A stretch of 64,000 nt of DNA, from NCBI GenBank assembly GCA_950097015.1, contig CATNEN010000007.1:2728001-2792000 (forward strand). Reading direction: 5' to 3'. Every line of letters starts with the position of its first letter. Positions within the stretch are counted from its first letter, which is position 1. This DNA comes from Macrostomum hystrix (taxonomy: Eukaryota > Animalia > Platyhelminthes). Positions 1 through 12,116 of this stretch are shown here, piece by piece. Below the pieces are notes generated by a model. It was given only the letters and a program-made list of their open reading frames with translations, was not told where the DNA came from and did no database searches. The translations under genes and the position numbers were made by a program.

Positions 1-498
1 CTGGTGCCTGGCGCTGGCGAGGCCAATCCAGACGGGGCCTTCCATCCGTTGGCCGGCCGCCGGCAGCGTCGCGAAGCCGAAGTTCGCGGCCTGCTGGACA
101 AACTGCCGCCGGAGACTATCGCCCCGCCATTGGCTGGCGCTGGCGTCAACGCCATCGACTCCGAGGGCATCGATGAGGCGCTGGCCAGAAAGCGTGCCGC
201 CGTGATGGCACTGCCCTCTGACGAGGCGCGTCTCTTCCAGCCGCGCCGGCGCAGCGGCAAGGCGTCTGGCGAGCTGCAGCGAAAGATTGGCGAGCGGTGG
301 CAGCGCCGCCGCATGGAGCTGCGCCAGTTGTTGAAGTCCAAGAAGCGAGTACTAGCCGAGATCGGCGACGCTGACGCCGAGGTCGAAGGCAAGAAAAAGA
401 GAAGGCAGAAGAGGCACACTCGGCAGAAACAGGCGGGGGAGCTGACTAGACCTTCGACTGGCACTTTTCTGGACCGGCTCATTCCCAAGGCTGATTAA
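1..498 (+). CDS. WDR46: WDR46/Utp7 (SSU processome WD-repeat protein), C-terminal part; 5' end outside the window
   Basis: Frame open from base 1 to TAA at 496-498. LVPGAGEANPDG...RQRREAEVRGLLDKLPPETI matches the BING4CT motif of WDR46/Utp7 (LVPGAGEPNFD...EVKALLEK.P). It is followed by a basic tail and a LDR-type terminus. AATAAA lies at 576-581. Confidence 0.85.
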   Translation: MVPGAGEANPDGAFHPLAGRRQRREAEVRGLLDKLPPETIAPPLAGAGVNAIDSEGIDEALARKRAAVMALPSDEARLFQPRRRSGKASGELQRKIGERWQRRRMELRQLLKSKKRVLAEIGDADAEVEGKKKRRQKRHTRQKQAGELTRPSTGTFLDRLIPKAD

Positions 499-719
499 AC
501 TGGTTTTATCTTGTTTTTAGTGCTTCAGATCGGTTCTGATCCGATTTCGTCTGCTAACTGGCTTGATCAATGATCAATAAATTCACGAGATCGCATTTAG
601 CAACAAAAATTAGCTGTCTGTTTGTTTTGGAATTTGAACTGCAAGGAAAAAGACAAAAGTGTTTATTTAACTGTTGATTTAGTCGTCACTTTTCTACGTT
701 AGTTCGTTCATAAGGGTAT

Positions 720-1530
720 TTTATGAAACCCGTAAACGGTCGTTCTTTAAACAGCAGCGAGTAGCTCAACCACTCGAGTTGATCTCGCCCTTCTTAAAGT
801 CAGTCACAGGGTAAAAATGAATTGTTGAAATAGCCGATTTCCAATTGTCTGGGGACTCTTGGAAAAGTTGTGTATGCACTCTTCACATGAGTGGAGCGTG
901 TAGTCTTAAGGCGCGAGCAGCGAGCAACTCTTGGCTTAAGTTTTTTTTGAGAAGGTTAAGTTCTTCTCAGGCGAACTCGCCTCAAGAGAACTGCTTCATC
1001 AGTTCCACTCTTGTGGAGGTCAATTTGTGTTCAGGAGGCCTCGGGGACTCGTGAAGAGTGAAAATTTAAATAACTCGGAGCCAGACGGACAGGCATGAGA
1101 TGCTGCTGGTCCTATAGTGCTTGACCAAGTGCTCACAGTGCGGGCTGCTGCTGATCGATACGTGCTAAGTCCAACTGCCAGTCGGGTCTCCTGGATTTCT
1201 CGGATGATGTGACACGCGATACGTGTTGACTAGTTCAGCTGGGACTCAGTTGAATGTGGCTACGCAGAATTAGCAAAGTGTGCTCTCTCTCGCTGTATCG
1301 CCTGCTGCTGTATTTCTTTGCTCAGCGTGTCTCGTCTCGAATGTTTTCATCGCGCTCGCTAACTTCAATTCGTCATTTTCTCGGTCCCGGAGGTTTCCAC
1401 CGCCTCAATAAGTCCAGTGGATGTTTTGTGTCATCTCTCGCATTTCAGTATCACTGCGCACTTTTCTCCTATTTTCGCTCCGAATCCAGGGTTGTAACCA
1501 GCTATTCAGTCCATGGAATAGGCGTCGCCA
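720..1530 (-). mobile_element. Probable heavily decayed non-LTR retrotransposon (APE endonuclease remnant)
   Basis: Minus-strand frames are broken by stops and frameshifts but give APE-like motifs in the right order: IIREIQETRL (~1215-1185, cf. IxxQETR), LHAP (cf. YAP), VPRQLEIGYFN (cf. GDFN) and INSSG...KNDRL (cf. NxNG). This is recognition by eye only. Confidence 0.4.
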
Positions 1531-3602
1531 CACCCAAATTCCTACCCCAGCCAGCGCTGATACCTATTTTACAGATAGATGAACTGAAGTAATTATAAAC
1601 CAGTTTCTTCCGAAACCTCAACTCGGTCAGAAGTCAGATTATTTAGCCACTGGTCTACGCTCGTACAATCTGCCCAGCCCCTTAAAATCGGGGCTAGTTG
1701 TGTTTTGTACAGCTCATACACTCGAGCCCACGACTCTTCGTGATTACATCGTTCAAATCAATTAACTCTCTGTGTGCCTGTTTTTCCCCGGTCTGTTCTC
1801 ATTCTCTCAGACACAACATTGTCACCGCCAAGATTTTTTACTATTCAAATCGATGATGCTTCAGGGACACCGGGCTGCAGCTCACAAAAACAGTATTTCT
1901 TATCGCACCGCTCAATAGGTCGCGTGGGAGAATTTCCCAGCTGGCGAAAAACATGTCTTGCGTCTGTCCTTCCACCATTCTCAATCCTCGTTAATTTGTT
2001 TACACTGGATTCGAATACTAGAAGCATCCCCGTTGGCTTTGAGTACAACTGCGCCCTGCGCACCTGATTCAATTAGCCTAAGTGTTGTTTTCTATAGATT
2101 CAATTGATTATTATTCAACCTGGGCAATCAATAGATGGTGTCAGATCCTGATTTCGCCTTCAATTGTACTTTTTAATGTGATGCGATTTGAGGCAGCTTT
2201 GCCAAACGTTGTTCAAATTTTGTCTACCACAGTCAGTCTACTGACTGTCATCTAAAGCGCAGCTTCTGAACATTCAACGGGTATCTTTATCGTTGAAAAT
2301 TAGTTTTAATTTTAAGTTTATTAAATTTGAATATCAGCTACTTGCTTACTCGTCGCATTACCAAAAAGGACATCCCCATTAGTACTGAAAAGAGCTGAAA
2401 AATTGAGTGATGTTGCTACTTGATGACGCTAATGAAGAAAACGCAATGAATATTTAGATTGGTCTTCAAATGTCGCAACACTGTTATAAGCACTGGCTGC
2501 GTCTCCTGTGTGAAATCGGAAATTGTTTTCAAAACAGAAAGGCAATTAAATAAGCTGCGATAAATTTAGGTCGTTATCGGCCTGCCTGTGGTGATTACAC
2601 AGCGCTGTGACGCATTGCTTAATCAAACCACAGGGCTGGGATAAATGTAGGGGTCAGGTCGACTTTGATAAAATGGATGCACCTCTGCCACGGCTCAGCG
2701 ATAACTCTGACAAAAGCTCTCAGCCCTGATAAGCCGCTTTCGGCGGGCGGTCACAATGCGCTAAAAGCATCGCCACTCAAATAGACCCAGCTAATACTGC
2801 ACCCGGCGCTTGAAACCGGACCTCGCCGTCACTGCTGCTGCTGTCGGTACAAGCGGATGAAGCTGGGGGATAAATGGATTAGGGATAATTAGAAAACTGC
2901 TGCAGGCCTCAATACAGTCTCCTGGTCCACAGAGGGGCCCTCGCGTGCACAGCTGCCTCAGCTGATGGCCTGCAAGTTTTTGCAGCCTTGGGGTCGCCCT
3001 TCAGAGTCATGCCAACCTGGCAGTTGACCTTGACGGCATTTTTCAAAGAGACAAATCTGCCTGTATCGATGACCAGCTGGCATATACGCATGTCACCTAA
3101 TAGCAAAAGCCTGTTTCAGTTGTGACTTCGGGGAAGGTTTGAAAAAAATTATTCTACGAGTCGCTTCGGCTTCTGCTGACTTAAAAAAGCCGTTTATAGT
3201 GCATCAAGCAGGCTCTGCTGCACGGTGGCCCAGCGGCAAAGTCAGGAAGGTGAGGCGCTCGCAAATGAAGAAGGAAGGGGAAGCTGCAGCGCACAGCGGG
3301 ATGCGACGTCCCATGCTTCCTGGGGATCTGGGAGCTCGCTATTCCTCCGTTGGGATTGGCGGAAAAATGTTCGAAGTTCTGCAGACATGTATTTCGGCAG
3401 CCGAGTTATCACAATTATCTCCCTCCTTCGTGGTTTTTTTTAAAGTCGGTGAGAATCAGACAGTCGGCAAGTCTTCAGCCTAATGAATGACGTGCAGGAC
3501 TCGGCTATTTGGAAGGTCTGCTTGGGCTCAGCGCCGCATGATCTTTTTATCTTAAAAATAAAATTGAACTTCAAAATTCAGGTTCTGCTTAGGTGCAGCA
3601 GC

Positions 3603-3980
3603 GGGGGTCGGTGGCAGAGCGGTAAACGCGTTTGCCTCTCGCGATTAAGTTCTTAAGATCGATTCCGCAGTGAGGCCACATTCATTTGGGGCGCAGCCGC
3701 AGAGAGAAGTCGTGTGTGCTTTAAATGCAATTTACGCCGAAGTTGAGGGCCAAACTTCAAGGCACAGTGAAAGTGTACACTGCTTGACGACGAGAAAGTC
3801 AGGGCAGATGTACACACCTGCCTGTGTGAGCGTGTGCCTGCGTATAGTAATCTGTGGGCGCATGTGCTCAGGAGTCAGCGAAATGGGCAGAATTGCCTCC
3901 TCGATGGCTGCGGGTCTAGTGTCACCAAATGATGCGTCATTGCCTGCAGCCCTCCTGCAATTATTATTATTCTTATTTTG
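3603..3980 (+). mobile_element. tRNA-derived SINE, full-length copy 1
   Basis: Head GGGGGTCGGTGGCAGAGCGG (Pol III A-box) and GATCGATTCC (B-box-like). Core GTGCTCAGGAGTCAGCGAAATGGGCAGAATTGCCTCCTCG...GGTCTAGTGTCACCA, then a (TTA)n tail. Homologous copies occur elsewhere in the window. Confidence 0.85.
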
Positions 3981-4371
3981 TGCAGCAGCATATTGATGAA
4001 TCGATGCATGAATTTATTGAATTGAACTGCATTGACGACATTTCATGACGTCAAGCACTTTGAGCATTCGCCATTTCTCTCTCTCTGTAAGCCTCTCCAC
4101 AGTTGCACCTCAAATGCATGTGACCTCGACATGGATTGGATTCTCAGAACCCTTGATGCGAGAGACAGAGACCCTGGCGACATGGACAAATAACAATGAT
4201 CTTTATAAACCTCTTTAGCAAATCGATATTGGTTCAAAAGTTTATAAACTAACAATACAATCAATATATTAATATTTGTCGAGAATATAGTCGCCGACAT
4301 GATTACGCTCGTACATGATAAAATTTTGTGGGCAGAAAGAATCGTTAAATATCTCGACGACGCCGATGTTT

Positions 4372-5513
4372 TGTGTTTCTGGACTGTGTTTCTGGACTGT
4401 GTTTCTGGACTGTGTTTCTGGACTGTGTTTCTGGACTGTGTTTCTGGACTGTGTTTCTGGACTGTGTTTCTGGACTGTGTTTCTGGACTGTGTTTCTGGA
4501 CTGTGTTTCTGGACTGTGTTTCTGGACTGTGTTTCTGGACTGTGTTTCTGGACTGTGTTTCTGGACTGTGTTTCTGGACTGTGTTTCTGGACTGTGTTTC
4601 TGGACTGTGTTTCTGGACTGTGTTTCTGGACTGTGTTTCTGGACTGTGTTTCTGGACTGTGTTTCTGGACTGTGTTTCTGGACTGTGTTTCTGGACTGTG
4701 TTTCTGGACTGTGTTTCTGGACTGTGTTTCTGGACTGTGTTTCTGGACTGTGTTTCTGGACTGTGTTTCTGGACTGTGTTTCTGGACTGTGTTTCTGGAC
4801 TGTGTTTCATCGGTTTGTGTTTCTGGACTGTGTTTCATCGGTTTGTGTTTCTGGACTGTGTTTCATCGGTTTGTGTTTCTGGACTGTGTTTCATCGGTTT
4901 GTGTTTCTGGACTGTGTTTCATCGGTTTGTGTTTCTGGACTGTGTTTCATCGGTTTGTGTTTCTGGACTGTGTTTCATCGGTTTGTGTTTCTGGACTGTG
5001 TTTCATCGGTTTGTGTTTCTGGACTGTGTTTCATCGGTTTGTGTTTCTGGACTGTGTTTCATCGGTTTGTGTTTCTGGACTGTGTTTCATCGGTTTGTGT
5101 TTCTGGACTGTGTTTCATCGGTTTGTGTTTCTGGACTGTGTTTCATCGGTTTGTGTTTCTGGACTGTGTTTCATCGGTTTGTGTTTCTGGACTGTGTTTC
5201 ATCGGTTTGTGTTTCTGGACTGTGTTTCATCGGTTTGTGTTTCTGGACTGTGTTTCATCGGTTTGTGTTTCTGGACTGTGTTTCATCGGTTTGTGTTTCT
5301 GGACTGTGTTTCATCGGTTTGTGTTTCTGGACTGTGTTTCATCGGTTTGTGTTTCTGGACTGTGTTTCATCGGTTTGTGTTTCTGGACTGTGTTTCATCG
5401 GTTTGTGTTTCTGGACTGTGTTTCATCGGTTTGTGTTTCTGGACTGTGTTTCATCGGTTTGTGTTTCTGGACTGTGTTTCATTGGTTTGTGTTTCTGGAC
5501 TGTGTTTCATCGG
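4372..5513. repeat. Compound minisatellite: ~33 x 13-bp (CTGGACTGTGTTT), then ~25 x 28-bp (13-mer + CATCGGTTTGTGTTT)
   Basis: Units read directly; they explain the CFWTVFLD and HSPETQSR ORFs in the track. Confidence 0.97.
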
Positions 5514-6564
5514 ATAGAGCGGAAAACGTTAGCCGTGTTCTGCATTTTCATGTCAATTAATTGAATATTTTGGGAGATGCTGAAAAAATATGGGTATTTG
5601 AAACACCCCAACGTCTTTCTACTGTTAAAGAAGAACATTGGCCAGGTACTTATGTGATAAAATGGAGTCGCCTTCATCTGCATCCATCCATCAATAGTTA
5701 ATTATTCTAGCTTGTCAATCATGTATACACATTCCTATTTGCTTTATTTTCTGAATACATCACTAGCTGGATGGGTTCCGAAGCCATTTTATGGTTTTAT
5801 ACAACACCTTGTGCGTCTCAAACTAGGCCCCGTGATCCCATAATCTCCGAGAGCAGATTTGCCACGCGAAAGCCAAATGTGCATAAATCACAAGCTTATT
5901 TTTAGCCAGAGGAATCACGCATTTTTGCATGGCCAAAATTTCCAAGAAGGACGTTGGAATTTAAGCCACAACATTAAAAATAGAATGCGAAAATCACGCA
6001 TTGGATGCATGCCACGATATCCTTTTATGGAAGTTTGACCTTCAACTACGAGAAATCATCGTTGACTAAAACTCACGGACTTTTAATCTCAAATCTCATT
6101 CAGCCGCTATCTGTTGACTAGTTTAACAATGAGCTCGCCATTTTGCCATTTTATTTTGAACTATTGTCGAATTCTAAAAGCTTCTAATTCTAAATGCTTC
6201 GGTTCTGTTATTATTATTTCTGATAACGAAATAACTGCAATTACTTCTTAGAATTTCGAGTTTTCTAAAGTTTTGAAGGCTTAAGAATACATGCGCCCCG
6301 CAAAGTACACGGGTCAGCATTTTCCATTTCCATGCCAGCACTATATAATCACTGATGAGTGAGTGAAAGGAAGGACATGAATGACTATAATTTGTTCGGC
6401 CAAAGTGAGCAGACAGGGCGCCGCAGAGTTGAGACTGGCTCCGCGTCAGTGCCGAATTGACTCCCCGTCTGCTCACGGCACTCTGTCTGCCCTAGCTATT
6501 TGAGTCTTTATCTTCTTGCGCTCAGGATATTGAGTTGCAGACTAAAAGGAGCTGCATGAGCCTG

Positions 6565-6662
6565 CTTCTGAGCCGGTTATAGGGCGCACTTTTGGTCAGG
6601 CGCCGCGGTTCTAGCGGACTATAAGCTGCGCATGCTGTGTGCGCCTTAAAATATGTGCGGTC
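6565..6662. mobile_element. Possible Tc1/pogo-type terminal-repeat remnant
   Basis: TATAGGGCGCAC...GACTATAAG...TGCGCCTTAAAATATGTGCGG resembles the TAAGGCGCAC/GCGCCTTATAG subterminal motifs of pogo-like elements. No partner end or TSD was found. Confidence 0.25.
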
Positions 6663-6756
6663 ACACAGTCTGGTCTGCCAACTAGTATGCATCAGTAAAT
6701 TCACTCAGTAGAGAGCGAACTGATTCAGTTCAAGAGCTCTATAGTGCGTCAAATAG

Positions 6757-7578
6757 TGCCGATCCCATCCCCTGTCCTTGAGTGGGATCTGCTGACCCAT
6801 CCCCTATCCTTGAGTGGGATCTGCCGATCCCATCCCCTGTCCTTGAGTGGGATCTGCCGATCCCATCCCCTGTCCTTGAGTGGGATCTGCTGACCCATCC
6901 CCTATCCTTGAGTGGGATCTGCCGATCCCATCCCCTGTCCTTGAGTGGGATCTGCCGATCCCATCCCCTGTCCTTGAGTGGGATCTGCTGACCCATCCCC
7001 TATCCTTGAGTGGGATCTGCCGATCCCATCCCCTGTCCTTGAGTGGGATCTGCTGACCCATCCCCTATCCTTGAGTGGGATCTGCCGATCCCATCCCCTG
7101 TCCTTGAGTGGGATCTGCTGACCCATCCCCTGTCCTTGAGTGGGATCTGCTGACCCATCCCCTGTCCTTGAGTGGGATCTGCTGACCCATCCCCTATCCT
7201 TGAGTGGGATCTGCCGATCCCATCCCCTTTCCTTGAGTGGGATCTGCTGACCCATCCCCTATCCTTGAGTGGGATCTGCCGATCCCATCCCCTATCCTTG
7301 AGTGGGATCTGCTGACCCATCCCCTATCCTTGAGTGGGATCTGCCGATCCCATCCCCTGTCCTTGAGTGGGATCTGCCGATCCCATCCCCTGTCCTTGAG
7401 TGGGATCTGCCGATACCATCCCCTGTCCTTGAGTGGGATCTGCCGATACCATCCCCTATCCTTAAGTGGGATCTGCCGATCCCATCCCCTGTCCTTGAGT
7501 GGGATCTGCCGATACCGTCCTCTGTCCTTGAGTGGGATCTGCTTACCCATCCCCTGTCCTTGAGTGGGATCTACCTTT
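6757..7578. repeat. 32/33-bp minisatellite (GAGTGGGATCTGCCGATCCCATCCCCTGTCCTT and a 32-bp GCTGACCC variant)
   Basis: About 25 units of two interspersed variants. Confidence 0.96.
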
Positions 7579-8204
7579 CCACTGCCTTGCAACATTTCCT
7601 CTCTGCTATCATCGCTCGCCAATACTTCACTGTGTTATTTTACATGCGCCCTCAGCAGGGTCCGCCGATTTCAATGGCAAGGCCGCAGCGCTGCCCCATC
7701 TTTGTCTTTGCTCATCCCCCCAGAAAGCGCTTTTTTTCTCCCTGAACGGCCCGCAGTTTCATCGAAATTGCAGCATTCCGCCGGCACTGCCCACCTCCGC
7801 CTCTCTAATTTCTCTCCCGACAGTCATCCGTTCCGCTTTGCCGCTCCGTTCAAAAAGACAGCCGGCAAATCCTTCCTGCCTGCAGCGCCAAAAGAACCGC
7901 CCACACAAATTTCCTGCCCGACGACACGCCAGACCCCCTCCCCAATGGGCCAAGTCCTTATGCCCAGTGTTTTTCGCCAGTGTGTCTGCCCCGGCCAATG
8001 CGCTGGGCCTATCAACGGAGAACGGACTCAGGATGAGGCACATCATTTGAGACCCTGGCTCCGCTGCTGCTTCTGCCAGCCACGCCAAAACTCTTGTGTC
8101 TTTAAAAAAGCTTATCTTCAAAAACAACCAGCAGAACTGAAACACAAGCGCGTCGACAAGACACTCAAGTTGCCTGCTCGCTGTGAGTCAATCTTGCTAT
8201 AATC

Positions 8205-10331
8205 TACTTGATGTGACTGCTAATCTATTCCGTGTAATCTAACAGGTCGATTGGATTGCTAATCTATTCCATGTTATATTATGTGTAGAATGGATTGCTA
8301 ATCTGTTCCATGTTATCTTATGGGTAGAATGGATTGCTAATCTATTTTTTTAATCTTATGGTAGAATGGATTGCTAATCTATTCCATGTTATCTTTCCGG
8401 TAGAAAGGATTGATAATCTATATCGTGTTATCTAACGGGTAGAATGGATTGCTAATCTATTCCATGTTATCTAACGGGTAGAATGGATTGCTAATCTATA
8501 TCGTGTTATCTAACGGGTAGAATGGATTGCTAATCTATATCGTGTTATCTAAAGGGTAGAATGGATTGCTAATCTATTCCATGTTATCTAACGGGTAGAA
8601 TGGATTGCTAATCTATATCGTGTTATCTAACGGGTAGAATGGATTGCTAATCTATTTCGTGTTATCTAACGGGTAGAATGGATTGCTAATCTATTCCATG
8701 TTATCTTATGTGTAGAATGGATTTCTAATCTATTCCATGTTATCTTTCCGGTAGAAAGGATTGATAATCTATTCCATGTTATCCTATGTGTAGAATGGAT
8801 TGCTAATCTATTTCGTGTTATCTAACGGTTAGAATGGATTGCTAATCTATTTTGTGTTATCTAACGGGTAGAATGGATTGCTAATCTATTCCATGTTATC
8901 TTTCCGGTAGAAAGGATTGATAATCTATTCCATGTTATCCCATGTGTAGAATGGATTGCAAATCTATTTCGTGTTATCTAACGGGTAGAATGGATTGCTA
9001 ATCTATATCGTGTTATCTAACGGGTAGAATGGATTGCTAATCTATTTCGTGTTATCTAACGGGTAGAATGGATTGCTAATCTATTTCGTGTTATCTAACG
9101 GGTAGAATGGATTGCTAATCTATTCCATGTTATCTTATGTGTAGAATGGATTGCTAATCTATTTCGTGTTATCTAACGGGTAGAATGGATTGCTAATCTA
9201 TTTCGTGTTATCTAAAGGGTAGAATGGATTGCTAATCTATTCCATGTTATCTAACGGGTAGAATGGATTGCTAATCTATATCGTGTTATCTAACGGGTAG
9301 AATGGATTGCTAATCTATTTCGTGTTATCTAACGGGTAGAATGGATTGCTAATCTATTCCATGTTATCTAACGGGTAGAATGGATTTCTAATCTATTCCA
9401 TGTTATCTTTCCGGTAGAAAGGATTGATAATCTATTCCATGTTATCCTATGTGTAGAATGGATTGCTAATCTATTTCGTGTTATCTAACGGTTAGAATGG
9501 ATTGCTAATCTATTTTGTGTTATCTAACGGGTAGAATGGATTGCTAATCTATTCCATGTTATCTTTCCGGTAGAAAGGATTGATAATCTATTCCATGTTA
9601 TCCCATGTGTAGAATGGATTGCAAATCTATTTCGTGTTATCTAACGGGTAGAATGGATTGCTAATCTATATCGTGTTATCTAACGGGTAGAATGGATTGC
9701 TAATCTATTTCGTGTTATCTAACGGGTAGAATGGATTGCTAATCTATTTCGTGTTATCTAACGGGTAGAATGGATTGCTAATCTATTCCATGTTATCTTA
9801 TGTGTAGAATGGATTGCTAATCTATTTTGTGTTATCTAACGGGTAGAATGGATTTCTAATCTATTCCATGTTATCTTTCCGGTAGAAAGGATTGATAATC
9901 TATTCCATGTTATCCTATGTGTAGAATGGATTGCTAATCTATTTCGTGTTATCTAACGGTTAGAATGGATTGCTAATCTATTTTGTGTTATCTAACGGGT
10001 AGAATGGATTGCTAATCTATTCCATGTTATCTTTCCGGTAGAAAGGATTGATAATCTATTCCATGTTATCCCATGTGTAGAATGGATTGCAAATCTATTT
10101 CGTGTTATCTAACGGGTAGAATGGATTGCTAATCTATATCGTGTTATCTAACGGGTAGAATGGATTGCTAATCTATTTCGTGTTATCTAACGGGTAGAAT
10201 GGATTGCTAATCTATTTCGTGTTATCTAACGGGTAGAATGGATTGCTAATCTATTCCATGTTATCTTATGTGTAGAATGGATTGCTAATCTATTTCGTGT
10301 TATCTAACGGGTAGAATGGATTGCTTATCTA
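8205..10331. repeat. 39-bp satellite (GGGTAGAATGGATTGCTAATCTATTCCATGTTATCTAAC), ~54 units with higher-order structure
   Basis: The 39-bp period was measured at 8431/8470/8509. Diagnostic variants recur at 663-bp and 468-bp spacing. Confidence 0.97.
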
Positions 10332-10632
10332 TGCCATCCGTTTCTAGTAAAAGAAAAAAACACAGCATAAACATTTTCTGTTTGGTTGTCACTTTTTCCA
10401 TATTCATAACGGCAGTAGCAGGTGCTAATTCCCCAGCCAGCCTAAAACAGCATTCAGCGAATGGCGCCGTAGAACTAGTCAATTAGCAAATCAGTTTGGC
10501 GTAGGCCAAGTGTCCGGACTGGAAAACGGATTGCATTTTGTTAAAATCTATGTTTCTCACCTCTTGTTTTCAGGACACAAAAAATTGCAAATAAAAAGTG
10601 TACGCAGAATTTTAAGAGGTATAGAACGTTTT

Positions 10633-10711
<79 letters not shown>

Positions 10712-10781
10712 TGATAGATTGATTGATTGATAGATCTATACTCTGGTTCTGGTTATCTAGCTTTTTATCTATCTATCTATC

Positions 10782-10838
<57 letters not shown>

Positions 10839-10862
10839 TGATTGATTGATTGATTGATTGAT
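10633..10862. repeat. (GATA)n/(GATT)n microsatellite with an internal inverted (TATC)n block
   Basis: Read directly. Confidence 0.95.
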
Positions 10863-12116
10863 ACATCTATACTCTGGTTCTGGTTCTCCGAGCGAAAGCA
10901 GAAATCCGGGAAACTTTTATACAGAAAATGTTTTTTCTTTTCTTCCACTTCGCCAAGAATGAAGGAGGCTGGGTGTGTGAGTTTGTGGGGCTTCAGTCGC
11001 GGGTCGTTTCATTTATTTTTGTCAATCCGGTACTTTTCAGCTTTCTGTAAAGCTTTTGAAATTGTGAGTCGCTCACGCCTGCGATGCGCGAGTCAACATG
11101 TCCGCGCGAGGAAAAGTGCAGAGCAGCTGCAGTCAGGCTTCGCCCTGTCCAGTTCTCCGTCATTGCTTTCCCACACGCTGATTTTACCGCTTATTATAGA
11201 ATCTAGAATCCTTTATTAGCGTATGTGAACCACTTGTTGTTATAATTAAAGTAATTTTCACGTCTGTGATTTGGGGTTGATGAGCTCTTCATAAATTTTT
11301 ACTAATCTCCTAAATGTTAATTAGGCAAATTGATCCACATGCAGCTAACTAATGAGATACCTGTCCAGGGGACAATGTTAGCGAACATGTGTGTGTGCGG
11401 TAGGTTGTCCCTGGAGACAGACCTGTCTGCCATATTGATCCTCACTTCAGATCCCCTATAACAATATTAGTATTTCCGCTAACGCGCTCCCACAAATCAC
11501 AATAATGGGGCGCTGGGTTAGTCTGCCATCTCCCATTATTCATTTCCCGTTTGGCGAGTGCCGAAATTAAGGACTGGGCCAAGGCCGGCTTAAATTTGGC
11601 TCAGAGCTCTTGCTCACCTGAGCACTGAAATGACTGATTATTGCGCTTGTGTGCAAACCGATCTGTCTGCTCAGCAGCCTGTTATAGGTGAGACACTGGG
11701 AATCCTCGTGTTTACACGCCGGCTATGCTCAAATCCCATAAATCAAAATCGCTTCCTAATGATTCCCATTTGAGAATTTGACCTTGATGCAGCTTGAATC
11801 CCCAGAAATTGCTAATCATTTTACGTTATTTATTTGGCTCAGTCAACTGGCAAGCTGTGTGCGTCCAGTAAAATTATTGTTTTTATGCACTTTATATAGC
11901 TGTGTAAGTTCCCATTGTTATTTTAATTCCCTGCCTCTTATTTTTGATGGAGCAAAAAAAAGTGAACTTGTCATGCCTTTCAATGTTTGCCTCAATCTGA
12001 AAGTTGAGCACTTCAAGGCCAGTCAGAGTCATCTGAATTTAATTCTAAAATGAATCAACTCTACCAGGCCAATCATCTCCCATTGCTCAACAGGTAAATG
12101 CACAGTTGCACAAGTC

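Noticed and set aside
845-1054. Idea of TGA=Trp (mitochondrial/plasmid code) in the minus frame here
   Set aside because: Adjacent frames also contain TAA/TAG and frameshifts; decay of a retroelement explains the pattern better.
2881-3483. Short ORFs upstream of the first SINE
   Set aside because: No motifs, non-ATG starts and no splice logic.
4043-5564. Long ORFs (255-421 aa) on both strands
   Set aside because: They are translations of the 13/28-bp minisatellite, which lacks stops in several frames.
6739-7745. Repeat-spacer-like look and multiple ORFs (possible CRISPR)
   Set aside because: Units are contiguous with no unique spacers, there are no cas genes, and the context is eukaryotic.
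7564-8202. Overlapping 128-212 aa ORFs in a GC-richer island with a GTGAGT at ~8183
   Set aside because: No recognisable domain and no phase-compatible partner exon; it could be a non-coding exon or a TE fragment but is unsupported.
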